DNA from: an uncultured Bdellovibrio sp.
GTDB taxonomy: Bacteria; Bdellovibrionota; Bdellovibrionia; Bdellovibrionales; Bdellovibrionaceae
Reading direction: 5' to 3'
NCBI GenBank assembly: GCA_963932905.1
Contig: CAWVRN010000003.1
Span: forward strand, 220,386 to 284,385
Length of the DNA stretch: 64,000 bases
The translations under genes were made by a program, and so were the position numbers. How positions within the stretch are numbered: position 1 is the first letter of the stretch; the number at the start of each line of letters is the position of its first letter. The notes under the pieces were generated by a model that had not been told where the DNA came from, did not search any database, and saw nothing but the letters and a program-made list of their open reading frames with translations. Positions 24,786 to 34,495 of the stretch are shown here, one piece after another.

Positions 24786-26084
24786 GTGAACTTTACCATT
24801 CTCAACGGCGATTCTCGTGAAGTGCTGAGATCACTACCACCTATTTCTGTAGATTCTCTTTTAACGGACCCTCCTGCAGGCATCGGTCTTAGAGGTCTAT
24901 CATGGGATTCTAGTAACGGCGGAAGACAACAATGGATTTCATCGATGACTGAAATTTTCGCCGAATGTTTCCGGGTTTTAAAACCGGGAGCACATGGCTT
25001 CATCTGGGCAATACCTCGTACATCGCATTGGACAGCCACTGCTCTCGAGGATTCTGGTTTCCAGGTTCGAGATGTCGTTACCCATATATTCGGCAGTGGC
25101 TTTCCAAAAAGCATTGCCATCGATAAATCCATTCAAAGATCAAAATATTTAGACACCGAGGATCTCTATAAAGCGACAGATTGGATTCGTAAAAGAAGAG
25201 ACCAACTAAAATTAACGAATCGTACAATGGATGAAGTCGCTGGCGTTACAGGTGGGGCATGTCATTGGACCGCACTTCCTCCAAATGGAAATCCTCACGT
25301 GCCGACTTACGAAAGGTGGATCAAACTTCGTCCCCTGCTCGGTCCCGCACCAGAGTGGCTAGAAGAAATGATAAAACCCAGTTGGGTCGAACCAGAAAAT
25401 TGGAACCTCGGAAAATTAACAACCCGAAATAACTCCGTCTCAGAAAAATGGAAAGGCTGGGGAACTTCGCTGAAACCAGCGAGTGAGCATTGGATTTTAG
25501 TTCAAAAACCAATATCCGAACACAACATAGCCGCGAATGTTCTCAGGTATGGAGTTGGTGGTATTAACATTGACGACGCTAGAACACCAGTAAACGGCAA
25601 AATTCCATCTACCTCAAATTTGAATTTTAAGAATGGCGGTTTAATTTGGGAGACCTCTGAACGTAGCAAAACTTCCGTCTATCACCAACACCCAAAGGGC
25701 CGATTTCCTTCCAACCTTCTCATTACGAAATCGAACGAAGGTATTTGTCCGACGAAGCTCATTGACGACCAAGGAGAACGTGAAGTCGAAGTTTCCAATT
25801 ACTTTAAGCTTTTTTCTCCCGAGGTTCCTTTCTTCTATTCAAAGAAGGCTAATCAAACTGAAAAGGAGATCTTCAACACGCACCCGACAGTGAAACCAAT
25901 TAGACTAATGCGCTATCTCGCTAAAATAATTACGCCACCAAACGGGACGATTTTAGATCCCTTTATGGGATCTGGAACAACTGGTATGGCCGCCATAAAA
26001 GACAACTTTAAATTTATAGGTATCGAAAAAGACGAATCGTACTTTCAAATCGCAAAGCAGAGACTAGAAGGAGAGAGTAAATGA
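24786..26084 (+). CDS. Orphan beta-class amino (N4-C/N6-A) DNA methyltransferase with an internal HTH-like insertion
   Basis: DPPA motif IV, RVLKPG, GSGFPK, LKPA.E, HPTVKP, DPFMGSGTTG; no cognate endonuclease adjacent. Confidence 0.88.
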   Translation: MNFTILNGDSREVLRSLPPISVDSLLTDPPAGIGLRGLSWDSSNGGRQQWISSMTEIFAECFRVLKPGAHGFIWAIPRTSHWTATALEDSGFQVRDVVTHIFGSGFPKSIAIDKSIQRSKYLDTEDLYKATDWIRKRRDQLKLTNRTMDEVAGVTGGACHWTALPPNGNPHVPTYERWIKLRPLLGPAPEWLEEMIKPSWVEPENWNLGKLTTRNNSVSEKWKGWGTSLKPASEHWILVQKPISEHNIAANVLRYGVGGINIDDARTPVNGKIPSTSNLNFKNGGLIWETSERSKTSVYHQHPKGRFPSNLLITKSNEGICPTKLIDDQGEREVEVSNYFKLFSPEVPFFYSKKANQTEKEIFNTHPTVKPIRLMRYLAKIITPPNGTILDPFMGSGTTGMAAIKDNFKFIGIEKDESYFQIAKQRLEGESK

Positions 26085-26437
26085 GTGACGCAAATGAGCC
26101 CATTGAAAAGGAAAAAAATAGCAGATGCCACATATCACTCTCTGAAATTTCAGTAAGAAAGATCGATGGATGGTATGACCAAATCAACTCCAAAAAGCGA
26201 ATAAAAATTCCCAGAAAAGATTTCGTAAATTGGATCATAGAGGGAAAACCAGACAATTTACCTAATAGCGAAATCAACGCAATCATCGAACATTTCTACG
26301 ACGAAGAGAAATTCCTTAAACAGCTTTTAGTAGATATTAGAAAGGCCAAGTCTACTGGAATTTCTGAAAATTTAGAAGTAATTGTGCGCCCCAAAAAGTC
26401 CGAAATCAGGAAAGAAAACAGCGATTCAACGGCATAA
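26081..26437 (+). CDS. Hypothetical protein (possible regulator or directionality factor upstream of the integrase)
   Basis: ATGA overlap with the MTase; role inferred from position only. Confidence 0.55.
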   Translation: MSDANEPIEKEKNSRCHISLSEISVRKIDGWYDQINSKKRIKIPRKDFVNWIIEGKPDNLPNSEINAIIEHFYDEEKFLKQLLVDIRKAKSTGISENLEVIVRPKKSEIRKENSDSTA

Positions 26438-26534
26438 ATCCGCATGTGCATTTGCACGTATGATTTCATCGAAAAAGCTCGACTTACTTTCAAGTGGAGC
26501 TATTTGTACAGATAACTTAACAGTGAGTTTCAGA

Positions 26535-27821
26535 ATGGAATCGAAAAATAAAACCGGTATTAAGGGCTTAACAGAAAGATGGAGATCCCATCAATTTCAT
26601 GACTCTTATCAAGTGGGAAACTCGTCCGTAAAACCTACCAAGTGGATTTCCCCCAAAGACCATTTGACTGCAAATCAAATTGACAAGTACTTGAAAAACA
26701 AAAAATTGAGAAAAGAATCCGCGCTAGAAGACCAAGAATTTTTGACTTTAAGAAGCAGAATTTTATCAGAATTGACTTCAGAGTTCGGATTTAAGATATA
26801 TAAAATTCAAGAAAAACTAAATTTAGAAACTAAGAAGTATAATTTTGAAGAATCCGTCGACCTGTTTGTGAACTTCAAATCTGACACCAGTGTTCCAATG
26901 AAACACAAATCAATCCTCCAAAACGTCTGGCTGCCTTTCTATTTAGAAAAAGGCTGCGAGCATCCTAGGGAGTTTCGGCTTTGGAAAAAGCATGCTCAAA
27001 TACACCTAAAGACTGTCAAAAAATTGAATTCAAACGAAAAATACTCAGTGAACAGTCTTAGTACCCTCACAAATACTCACAATGAGTATATGACGTTTTT
27101 GTTGGACAATGATGACATCACTGAAGCGGAACATTTCAAGATTTTTGGACGAATAACTACAGAGATGAAAAAACGAGGACTCTCGTCAGTATCAAGAAAA
27201 AAAGATACTTATACTGAAGAAGACTTACTTTCGATTAAATTAAAAATAGACAAAAGATACTCCGGAGACCTCCGTATGAAAGCGCGAGCTTACGCTATCT
27301 ATTTTGGCGTATGCACCGGCCTTAGGAGAGGCAACCTGCTAGGTTTACGTATTAAGAATCTCCGTCCTAACGGTGACGTTCCTCATTTTGAAACGTGTGA
27401 CAACATCGTACCAGGATGGAGTCGCGGCATAAAAGGAACTGTCATTTTAGAAAATAGCACAAAGACATTTGTGGGCACGATAAAATTGCCCTTCGTTCAA
27501 CCCTCTAGAGAAATACTTTGTGAAGTAACCAAATTCCTAATCGAATACTGCAAACCTAACGATAGACTTCTAAATTGTAGTCCTCGAACTGTTGCAGACT
27601 GGTGGTCAGAAATTGCAAAAGATTGCGGGTTTAAATATTTAACTCCCCATGACTGGAAACATTCTTATGCAACAATAGGCGCATTACATTTGAAAGATTG
27701 GTATGATCGAAATCCGTACCTTTTGCAGATGTGCTGCTTACACCAGAAATATGAAACCACTCTTCAATATATAAATCAGAAGTCAGATCCATTCCTGGCT
27801 TCATTTAAACGAGCCGATTAG
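26535..27821 (+). CDS. Tyrosine recombinase / integrase (track start 26382; ATG 26535 preferred)
   Basis: TGLRRG (Arg I), K in NSTK, HDWKH box, LH..YETT.QY catalytic Tyr; next to a tRNA 3' end. Confidence 0.85.
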   Translation: MESKNKTGIKGLTERWRSHQFHDSYQVGNSSVKPTKWISPKDHLTANQIDKYLKNKKLRKESALEDQEFLTLRSRILSELTSEFGFKIYKIQEKLNLETKKYNFEESVDLFVNFKSDTSVPMKHKSILQNVWLPFYLEKGCEHPREFRLWKKHAQIHLKTVKKLNSNEKYSVNSLSTLTNTHNEYMTFLLDNDDITEAEHFKIFGRITTEMKKRGLSSVSRKKDTYTEEDLLSIKLKIDKRYSGDLRMKARAYAIYFGVCTGLRRGNLLGLRIKNLRPNGDVPHFETCDNIVPGWSRGIKGTVILENSTKTFVGTIKLPFVQPSREILCEVTKFLIEYCKPNDRLLNCSPRTVADWWSEIAKDCGFKYLTPHDWKHSYATIGALHLKDWYDRNPYLLQMCCLHQKYETTLQYINQKSDPFLASFKRAD

Positions 27822-27838
27822 TAAACCAATAAATTAAG

Positions 27839-27872
27839 AAAAGCCCAGACTAAACATCTGGGCTTTTTTTTT
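27839..27872 (+). terminator. Rho-independent terminator after the integrase (possibly bidirectional)
   Basis: AAAAGCCCAGA-CTAAACA-TCTGGGCTTTT followed by a T run. Confidence 0.85.
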
Positions 27873-27977
27873 GTTTTTTCCGAAATTCAAACTGAATTAA
27901 GTAGCTTGTATGGGGATATAGAGTTTTTCAAAGCGACGAACTTTAAATACTCAGACCGAATTAAATTACAAATGGTG

Positions 27978-28050
27978 AGTTTACCAGTATACCAAAATAG
28001 ACAAAAAGTTTACCAAAACGACTTTTGTGTTTTCATCTAAATTATTGATT
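27978..28050. repeat. att-arm region: three AGT(T/A)TACCA direct repeats plus an IHF consensus
   Basis: Repeats at 27978, 27986 and 28007; TAAATTATTGATT at 28038-28050 matches YAANNNNTTGATW. Confidence 0.55.
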
Positions 28051-28064
28051 TTATTTATGAAAAT

Positions 28065-28140
28065 TGGTGCGAATAACTGGACTTGAACCAGTGACCTCTT
28101 CCATGTCAAGGAAGCGCGCTACCAACTACGCTATATCCGC
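28065..28140 (-). tRNA. tRNA-Val(GAC)
   Basis: GCGGATATAGCGTAGTTGGTAGCGCGCTTCCTTGACATGGAAGAGGTCACTGGTTCAAGTCCAGTTATTCGCACCA: 76-nt cloverleaf, anticodon GAC, GGTTCAA T-loop, encoded CCA. Confidence 0.97.
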
Positions 28141-28920
28141 CCGTTTTGAATTGGCTTTAATTGTTACTGGTTCTTTAGCTGATTGTAAACTGCAAACCTC
28201 ATTATTAGCTCTTTGCACTAAATCTAGTTCGCGCCCGAATTCGATCATCCATTTTTCAAACACTGATTTTAAATCCATCGGTAATAACGTTTCATAGTTG
28301 CCGACTCGATCAATTGCTGCCGATGTCACCCCACAGCTGCGAATCGCCGTGAACTGAGCCACATCGTTCATCACATTCAGCGATAATCCGTGGCGAACAA
28401 CCCCCCGATCCAATCTAATCCCGATAAATGCTATTTTTCCATGCACCGTGTACAGTCCCGGTGCCTCGTCAGACGAAAAGGCCTTAATTCCATAGTTTTT
28501 CAAAGTTGATGACGTCGCCTTGCTCATCACACACACGAAATCTCGCACACCAATACCGTAGGCTTTAAGATCGATCATTGGGTACACCACCAGCTGACCC
28601 GGCATATGCATCGTCGCCTGACCGCCCCTATCTGTTTTCACCACCGGGATTTTGGATTCGGCCGCCAAAACTAAATCATCTTCGGCACGGCCTCGAACAC
28701 CCAAGGTAATCACCGGGTGAAATTCCATGGCCAGCACGTGAACCTGTTTGGTCCCGCGTACTGAATTGGACAATTCTAACTGTTGAGCCAGAACTTGATC
28801 ATAAACCTGTAAACCCAGGTATTCTGAATGAATTAAATTTAAATCAGTATAACTCAACTCGGTCGTTCTCCCTAAATCCACCACCTGAATGAGTGACGGC
28901 GATGGCCCCATCTTGGCCAA
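28126..28920 (-). CDS. lipB: Lipoyl(octanoyl) transferase LipB (start uncertain)
   Basis: PVITLG, TDRGGQATMHMPGQLVVYP, KIAFIGI, HGLSLNV, CG motifs. Confidence 0.9.
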   Translation of the reverse strand: MAKMGPSPSLIQVVDLGRTTELSYTDLNLIHSEYLGLQVYDQVLAQQLELSNSVRGTKQVHVLAMEFHPVITLGVRGRAEDDLVLAAESKIPVVKTDRGGQATMHMPGQLVVYPMIDLKAYGIGVRDFVCVMSKATSSTLKNYGIKAFSSDEAPGLYTVHGKIAFIGIRLDRGVVRHGLSLNVMNDVAQFTAIRSCGVTSAAIDRVGNYETLLPMDLKSVFEKWMIEFGRELDLVQRANNEVCSLQSAKEPVTIKANSKRADIA

Positions 28921-29779
28921 AGAAACTGACGACTTCCAATGTCCCTTTTAATCGTCCCGGGCTTTTTCCGATAAAGCCTCCGGTCTCTGTATCAAAAATC
29001 TCTTCACCATCTTCGGTGACTCTTAATAAATCGCCTACATTTAGGCCCGATACTTTGCCTACGTTTAGAAACACGCGCTCACCTTGCAGTGAAGCAATTC
29101 GTCCTTCCCACACTAACGTTTCTAATGATTTTGTGATTTGCGGAACAAATTCAAATAATGTGTCTTTCACTAACGTCGGCACAATGGGATTACCGCCGCC
29201 ACTGACATCACCTTTTAGCAATTCTTCAGCCGCCGTTCCATTATCCTTGTACGTTACGACCTTCATGTGATTCATTAATTCGCGACCACCCTGATTGATC
29301 ACGCGAACAACCAGCGAGCATTCATATTCCGTTGTTACCGATTTCATAATGCCTTTAGCCGGTACCGATCGTTTTACTTTTAATTCCTTGATCTCGGCTT
29401 CTAAAGCACTGTGAACCGTGTATTCCTTCAAAGACTTCGTGATATCTTTTAAATCGTAAGGTCCTTGCGGCGTTTTCTTAACGTTTTCAATTCCTAGGTC
29501 TTTACTATCAAACGCGACAATTTCCTGCGAGCGGTTCAATTCATTGATCAATGATTTTTTAATTGCGCGGTTCATATCCGACGATAAAATCGATTTAGAA
29601 TCATTAAATGGTAAAATCATCAGACGTTTTTTCATCTGACCCTGATCAATCCGCGGATTCACCGGAATGTCTTTGACCATTTTCACCGGTTGACTGGTGC
29701 GCTTTTCAATATTTTGGCAGGCGCCCACTAAAAACAACGATCCAATCAGAAATAAGATTTTACTATTGCTTAAGTTCAA
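28844..29779 (-). CDS. Lipoprotein with TolB-N/CsgG-like fold and FlgT-C-like domain
   Basis: Lipobox LVGAC; ILPF.D; C-terminal WEGRI...VFLNVG..SGL.VGD.L.V...E.I.D.ETG. Confidence 0.6.
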   Translation of the reverse strand: MNLSNSKILFLIGSLFLVGACQNIEKRTSQPVKMVKDIPVNPRIDQGQMKKRLMILPFNDSKSILSSDMNRAIKKSLINELNRSQEIVAFDSKDLGIENVKKTPQGPYDLKDITKSLKEYTVHSALEAEIKELKVKRSVPAKGIMKSVTTEYECSLVVRVINQGGRELMNHMKVVTYKDNGTAAEELLKGDVSGGGNPIVPTLVKDTLFEFVPQITKSLETLVWEGRIASLQGERVFLNVGKVSGLNVGDLLRVTEDGEEIFDTETGGFIGKSPGRLKGTLEVVSFFGQDGAIAVTHSGGGFRENDRVELY

Positions 29780-30935
29780 ACGAAATCTCCTCGGGCTGAG
29801 TATTTGTTAGTTCTACTTTCGCATAGCTTAGGCTCTTCACATCCATCGCCAAAAGCTTGTCCTGTATATCTTTAATGTTACCAACAAAATCCACTTCGTA
29901 AACTATACTATTGGCCGAAATCGACTTTTCTTTTACATTTTTTATATTACCGCTTTGAGCCTTCACGCGTTCTTTTAAAAGTTCAATCTTTTGCGGCTGA
30001 GAAGCCATGATAAACTTAACACGGATCTTTTGCGAGTTAACTAGACCTCTTTGCAGGGCATCCGTCATCAGTGATACAATTTCGCCGCCAATCGATTCCG
30101 CTTCATCTGCTACTTTTTTGCTTATTTCGCTATCTAATTTACCGGCATCTTTTGCCAGTGGCATATCATAGATGCGTTTAATGTCGGCTAGCATTTTACC
30201 ATTTTCTGCTTGAATCAAATTTAAATGAATTTCTAAACGCATTTGATCCATTTGACGATCTGACCGTTTAGCCAATACATGACCGGATAACACATACGGC
30301 GTCTGCAGCAATCGCGCTAATTTCAAGGTTTCTTCTGCGTTTAATTGCGATTTATTGTACGATGTTGGCAGAGCCGCTGACAAGCCCACTTGGGCGGCTG
30401 GCGCTAGGTAAAAACCGCCACGTAGGAAAATTTCTCCCAGTTTTTCTTCCATCACCGAAAGGGATTTACTGTTATTGTCATCGTCCTTATTCCACCATGA
30501 AGACGTCTTTTGCTGAATCGCATTTTCATAGCGCACCAACGGCAGAATGGACTGGTTTTTATCGATCTCTTCTAACTGGCCGATTGATTTTAAAACATTT
30601 CTAAATTCAGCTAAGTTAATTTTAAACATCAACGTTTGTTTTAATATTTTATCGGTTTGTTTAGACTCTGTTATATTTGAAAACGGTATAAACCGCGCGG
30701 ATTTGTTAGCAAGCGTCGCACTGAGTGTTTTCTTGTTTTTGGCAAAACGTGCTTCACCTAAAACTTCATTTCCCAGCTCTTCTACAATCTGCGCAATGGC
30801 TTTTTCTTGAATTTCTTTTTTTGCTTCGGCGGGTGATTCCTTATCACTTTCAAACGTGTAGGAACGTTCTAGCAAACTAACCTGTGCATACAAAGAAAAC
30901 GAGACCACTAAGCTTAAGAAAATTTTTAAAAACAT
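29763..30935 (-). CDS. Exported hypothetical protein
   Basis: Signal peptide; 390-aa ORF in the operon. Confidence 0.7.
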   Translation of the reverse strand: MFLKIFLSLVVSFSLYAQVSLLERSYTFESDKESPAEAKKEIQEKAIAQIVEELGNEVLGEARFAKNKKTLSATLANKSARFIPFSNITESKQTDKILKQTLMFKINLAEFRNVLKSIGQLEEIDKNQSILPLVRYENAIQQKTSSWWNKDDDNNSKSLSVMEEKLGEIFLRGGFYLAPAAQVGLSAALPTSYNKSQLNAEETLKLARLLQTPYVLSGHVLAKRSDRQMDQMRLEIHLNLIQAENGKMLADIKRIYDMPLAKDAGKLDSEISKKVADEAESIGGEIVSLMTDALQRGLVNSQKIRVKFIMASQPQKIELLKERVKAQSGNIKNVKEKSISANSIVYEVDFVGNIKDIQDKLLAMDVKSLSYAKVELTNTQPEEISFELKQ

Positions 30936-30943
30936 AAATCCCT

Positions 30944-33900
30944 CTAATTATTTTTAATTTCCAGAAAGTCCGTTCGTCCAAAACGGGAATGAATTTTTTC
31001 AAACAGATCGTTATTCACACTGACACCCGTAATGTCCGGATGATCAATTTCGATCACGCGATCATAATCTTGCAATTTCATTTTTAACGTCAGCGGCGTG
31101 TTACCTTTACTTTCAATCAGTAGATCACTTAATAATTTAAGTTCGTCCTCCGTGAACGATTCTAAATTAAACACCACTCGTTTTGATTTTTTAATAATAT
31201 CTTCTAACGGCACCATGTTATCGACGATAATTTTAATGGCACCTTCAGAATCTTCTAAATTTCCGCCCACAAGTAGCGGTTTATCCGATTTCAAATCCCC
31301 TTCATGTTTGGCAAACACATCTGGGAAAATGACCAGTTCGCACGATCCATACAGATCTTCTAATTTACCGAACGCCATACGCGTTCCTTTTTTCGTGATC
31401 ATTTCTTTGAATTCAGCAATGATTCCCGACAGGATCACACGACGTTTTGGCTCGCGACGTTTATCACGATCTGACAACGGCGGCGTCCCCGCATCTTCCG
31501 CAGCTTGACGTTTCTTTCGCAGATCTTCAGCGATTGTGCCCAAATTTCCGTTCGTCCACACTTCCGCTAGTTTTTCATATCCATTCAGCGGGTGGTCACT
31601 GAGGTAGAACCCCAGAACTTCTTTCTCGTAGGAAAGTGTCGTCGTCCGACCCCATTTTTCAATATCGGGTAACACCGTCGATTTATCGGCTGTTTCATCC
31701 AAATCAAAGAACGAGGATTGACCCAGTTCACGATTTTTTTGAGTCACAAGTGCCGCATCTAAGAACGCTGAATAGCCAGACAATAACTGCGCCCGGTGGA
31801 ATCCAAAACCATCCATTGCCCCGGCTTTAATTAAATTCTCGATGACCTTTTTATTTACTTTACGAAGATCCACGCTTTCAAAGAAATCATCTAGGCTGGC
31901 AAATTTTTTACCTTCTTTTTTATTACGCGCTTCTAGAATCGAATCCACCGCTGCGGACCCCACACCTTTGATCGCACCTAAACCAAAGAAGACACCTTCG
32001 GATGTTACGTTGAACAAATATTCCGACACATTGATATGCGGAGGTAAAACTTTAATACCATGTTTCTGACAGTCCTTAACGTACTTAACGACTTTGTCGG
32101 TATCACCAATCTCGGTCGATAGTAACGCAGCAAAAAATTCGCCCGGGTAATGATGCTTTACCCACGCCGTTTGTGCGGTGATAACTGAATACGCGGCCGC
32201 ATGCGATTTATTGAAACCGTAGTCGGCGAATTTATACATTAACTCGAATAATTCTTCTGATTTTTTTACATCATGGCCCTTTTCTTTGGCCCCTTTTAAG
32301 AAACGGATACGATGCTGATCCATTTCTTCTTTGATTTTTTTACCCATCGCACGGCGAAGCATATCGGCTTCACCCAGGGAATAGCCCGCAATAATCGAGG
32401 CAATACCCATAACTTGCTCTTGGTAGACCATGATACCATAGGTCTCTTCTAAGACTTTCTTTGTATCCTCTAACAGGTATTCGATCGGAGCTTCTTTATG
32501 TTTACGTTTTGTGTATTCCGGGATGTTCGCCATCGGACCCGGTCGGTACAGCGACGTGATCGCTGTGATATCAGCAAAACTCGATGGTTTAATTTTACGA
32601 GTCGCATCCGTGATACCTTCACCCTCGAACTGGAAAATCCCAGCCGTGTCACCGCGTGAAAGCAGTTCGTAGATTTTAGGGTCATTGATGTTTATAAGAT
32701 TACTTTTTATTTCTTTGCCATGATTCTTTTTAATCATCTGCAAAGCATAGTGAATATGAGTCAGGGTCTTTAAACCCAAGAAGTCGAACTTGATCAGTCC
32801 AATTTTTTCAGCATGCTTCATGTCGTACTGAACGACGTTTTCACCATCAGCACCTTTGTACAGTGGTGCATGAGTCACCAGCTGACCATCAGCAATGATT
32901 ACACCAGCCGCATGGATACCCGCATGACGAACAAGACCTTCCACACGTTGAGCTAAATCTAACAACGTTGCGACGGTCGGATTCATATCCGCCATCTCTT
33001 GAATTCGCGGCTCCATCTCCAGAGCTTCTTTCAAATTGATACCTAATTTGTCGGGAATTAGTTTTGTTACCAAATCCACTTCGGCAAATGTCAAACCAAG
33101 CACGCGACCGACGTCTTTGATCGCCGCACGCGCTTGTAATTTTCCATACGTGATGATTTGCGATACCGATTGAACGCCGTATTTTTGCGTTACGTAATTG
33201 ATCACTTCGCCACGACGATCTTGACAGAAATCGATATCGAAATCGGGCATGCTGATACGTTCAGGATTTAAGAAACGCTCAAACAGTAGGAAATTAGGAA
33301 GAGGATCTAAATCCGTAATTCTTAACGAGTACGCGACGATCGAGCCCGCACCCGAACCCCGGCCAGGGCCAACAGGGATATCATTATTTTTCGCCCAATT
33401 GATAAAGTCTTGGACGATCAAGAAGTAACCGTTGAAACCCATCTTGTCGATGACAGCTAATTCGAAATTTAAGCGATCGATGTAAACAGGCTCTTGCTCT
33501 TTAGGAATTTCTTCACCGCGCAATTTCGCTTCTTCAAATCTCTGTTTTAATCCTTCAAGGGACTTAACCGCCATCTCTTCTTTAACAGAACGACCGCCTT
33601 CCGTTGGGAACGTAGGCAAATGGTAAATGGCTTTACCGTTGGCATCCTTTAGATTGAATTTAATATTAATGCTATCGGCGATCAATTGCGTGTTCGTCAC
33701 CGCTTCAGGGATATCGGCGAACAATTCATGCATTACATGCGGTGCTTTGAAATAAAATTCATTGCTGCCTAGTTTATAACGAGACTCATCGGATAAAGTT
33801 CTATTCGTACCAATACAAATCAAAACTTCCTGTGCGACTTGATCTTCTTGATTCAAATAATGAACATCATTACCCGCCACGACTGGAATTTCCAATTTTC

Positions 33901-34492
33901 GGCTTAAACCAATCAAGAAATTATCTACGTCAGAGCCACGCATATGAATCGTACGACTTAATTCGATATAAAAATTAGCACCAAAGATTTCTTTTAGGCG
34001 AACGGCTTTAGCTTCCGCCGCGTCGGCGCCTTCTTTTAAGAACGTATCGATCAATTCACCACGGTTACCACCGCTTAGGGCAATTAGATTTTCAGAGTAT
34101 TTCTTAAGAACTTCGTAATCAATACGTGGCTTCCAATAGAAACCCTCTTGATAACCGATCGAGCTTAATTGACATAGATTACGATAACCTTCGATATTTT
34201 TCGCCAGCAACACCAACCGTCTAGGCCCCATAAAGGCATCACGGTCTGCTTTTTTCTCTAACCGGTTTTCACAAACGTAGGCATCAAGACCCAGGATAGG
34301 ATTTACGCCCGCATCTTTACAGGCAAAATAAAACTCGATCGCACCGAACATAGAACCATTGTCCGTTAACGCCACCGCCGTCATACCCATCTCAGCTGCT
34401 TTTTTAGCAATCTGTTTTACGCGCGGTGAAGCTTCGAGTAACGAGTACTCGGAATGCACGTGTAAATGTACAAAAGGTATTTTTTCAGACAT
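30944..34492 (-). CDS. dnaE: DNA polymerase III subunit alpha
   Basis: PHP HLHVHSEYSLL, GPGRGSGAGS, MPDFDIDF, KFDFLGL, YGFNKSHAAAY. Confidence 0.99.
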   Translation of the reverse strand: MSEKIPFVHLHVHSEYSLLEASPRVKQIAKKAAEMGMTAVALTDNGSMFGAIEFYFACKDAGVNPILGLDAYVCENRLEKKADRDAFMGPRRLVLLAKNIEGYRNLCQLSSIGYQEGFYWKPRIDYEVLKKYSENLIALSGGNRGELIDTFLKEGADAAEAKAVRLKEIFGANFYIELSRTIHMRGSDVDNFLIGLSRKLEIPVVAGNDVHYLNQEDQVAQEVLICIGTNRTLSDESRYKLGSNEFYFKAPHVMHELFADIPEAVTNTQLIADSINIKFNLKDANGKAIYHLPTFPTEGGRSVKEEMAVKSLEGLKQRFEEAKLRGEEIPKEQEPVYIDRLNFELAVIDKMGFNGYFLIVQDFINWAKNNDIPVGPGRGSGAGSIVAYSLRITDLDPLPNFLLFERFLNPERISMPDFDIDFCQDRRGEVINYVTQKYGVQSVSQIITYGKLQARAAIKDVGRVLGLTFAEVDLVTKLIPDKLGINLKEALEMEPRIQEMADMNPTVATLLDLAQRVEGLVRHAGIHAAGVIIADGQLVTHAPLYKGADGENVVQYDMKHAEKIGLIKFDFLGLKTLTHIHYALQMIKKNHGKEIKSNLININDPKIYELLSRGDTAGIFQFEGEGITDATRKIKPSSFADITAITSLYRPGPMANIPEYTKRKHKEAPIEYLLEDTKKVLEETYGIMVYQEQVMGIASIIAGYSLGEADMLRRAMGKKIKEEMDQHRIRFLKGAKEKGHDVKKSEELFELMYKFADYGFNKSHAAAYSVITAQTAWVKHHYPGEFFAALLSTEIGDTDKVVKYVKDCQKHGIKVLPPHINVSEYLFNVTSEGVFFGLGAIKGVGSAAVDSILEARNKKEGKKFASLDDFFESVDLRKVNKKVIENLIKAGAMDGFGFHRAQLLSGYSAFLDAALVTQKNRELGQSSFFDLDETADKSTVLPDIEKWGRTTTLSYEKEVLGFYLSDHPLNGYEKLAEVWTNGNLGTIAEDLRKKRQAAEDAGTPPLSDRDKRREPKRRVILSGIIAEFKEMITKKGTRMAFGKLEDLYGSCELVIFPDVFAKHEGDLKSDKPLLVGGNLEDSEGAIKIIVDNMVPLEDIIKKSKRVVFNLESFTEDELKLLSDLLIESKGNTPLTLKMKLQDYDRVIEIDHPDITGVSVNNDLFEKIHSRFGRTDFLEIKNN

Positions 34493-34495
34493 TAA

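Larger units (their letters stand above)
1..28064. mobile_element. Integrative conjugative element / genomic island inserted at the 3' end of tRNA-Val(GAC); left boundary not visible in the window
   Basis: Tyrosine integrase (ends 27821) next to a tRNA 3' end; VirB-like T4SS, FtsK ATPase, relaxase-like gene, orphan MTase and metal-efflux cargo; housekeeping genes begin right after the tRNA. No second att copy seen, so including 1-6800 is an inference. Confidence 0.8.

Noticed and set aside
26382..26534. N-terminal extension of the integrase ORF from GTG 26382
   Set aside because: Overlaps the upstream gene and looks non-coding; a later ATG (26535, or 26460) is more plausible.
28064..28297. 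77-aa plus-strand ORF (MVRITGLEPVTSSMSRKRATN)
   Set aside because: Antisense translation of the tRNA-Val gene.
30944..34492. Intein or mobile insertion in dnaE
   Set aside because: Length (1182 aa) is normal and no intein motifs are seen; only a short charged loop before the OB fold.
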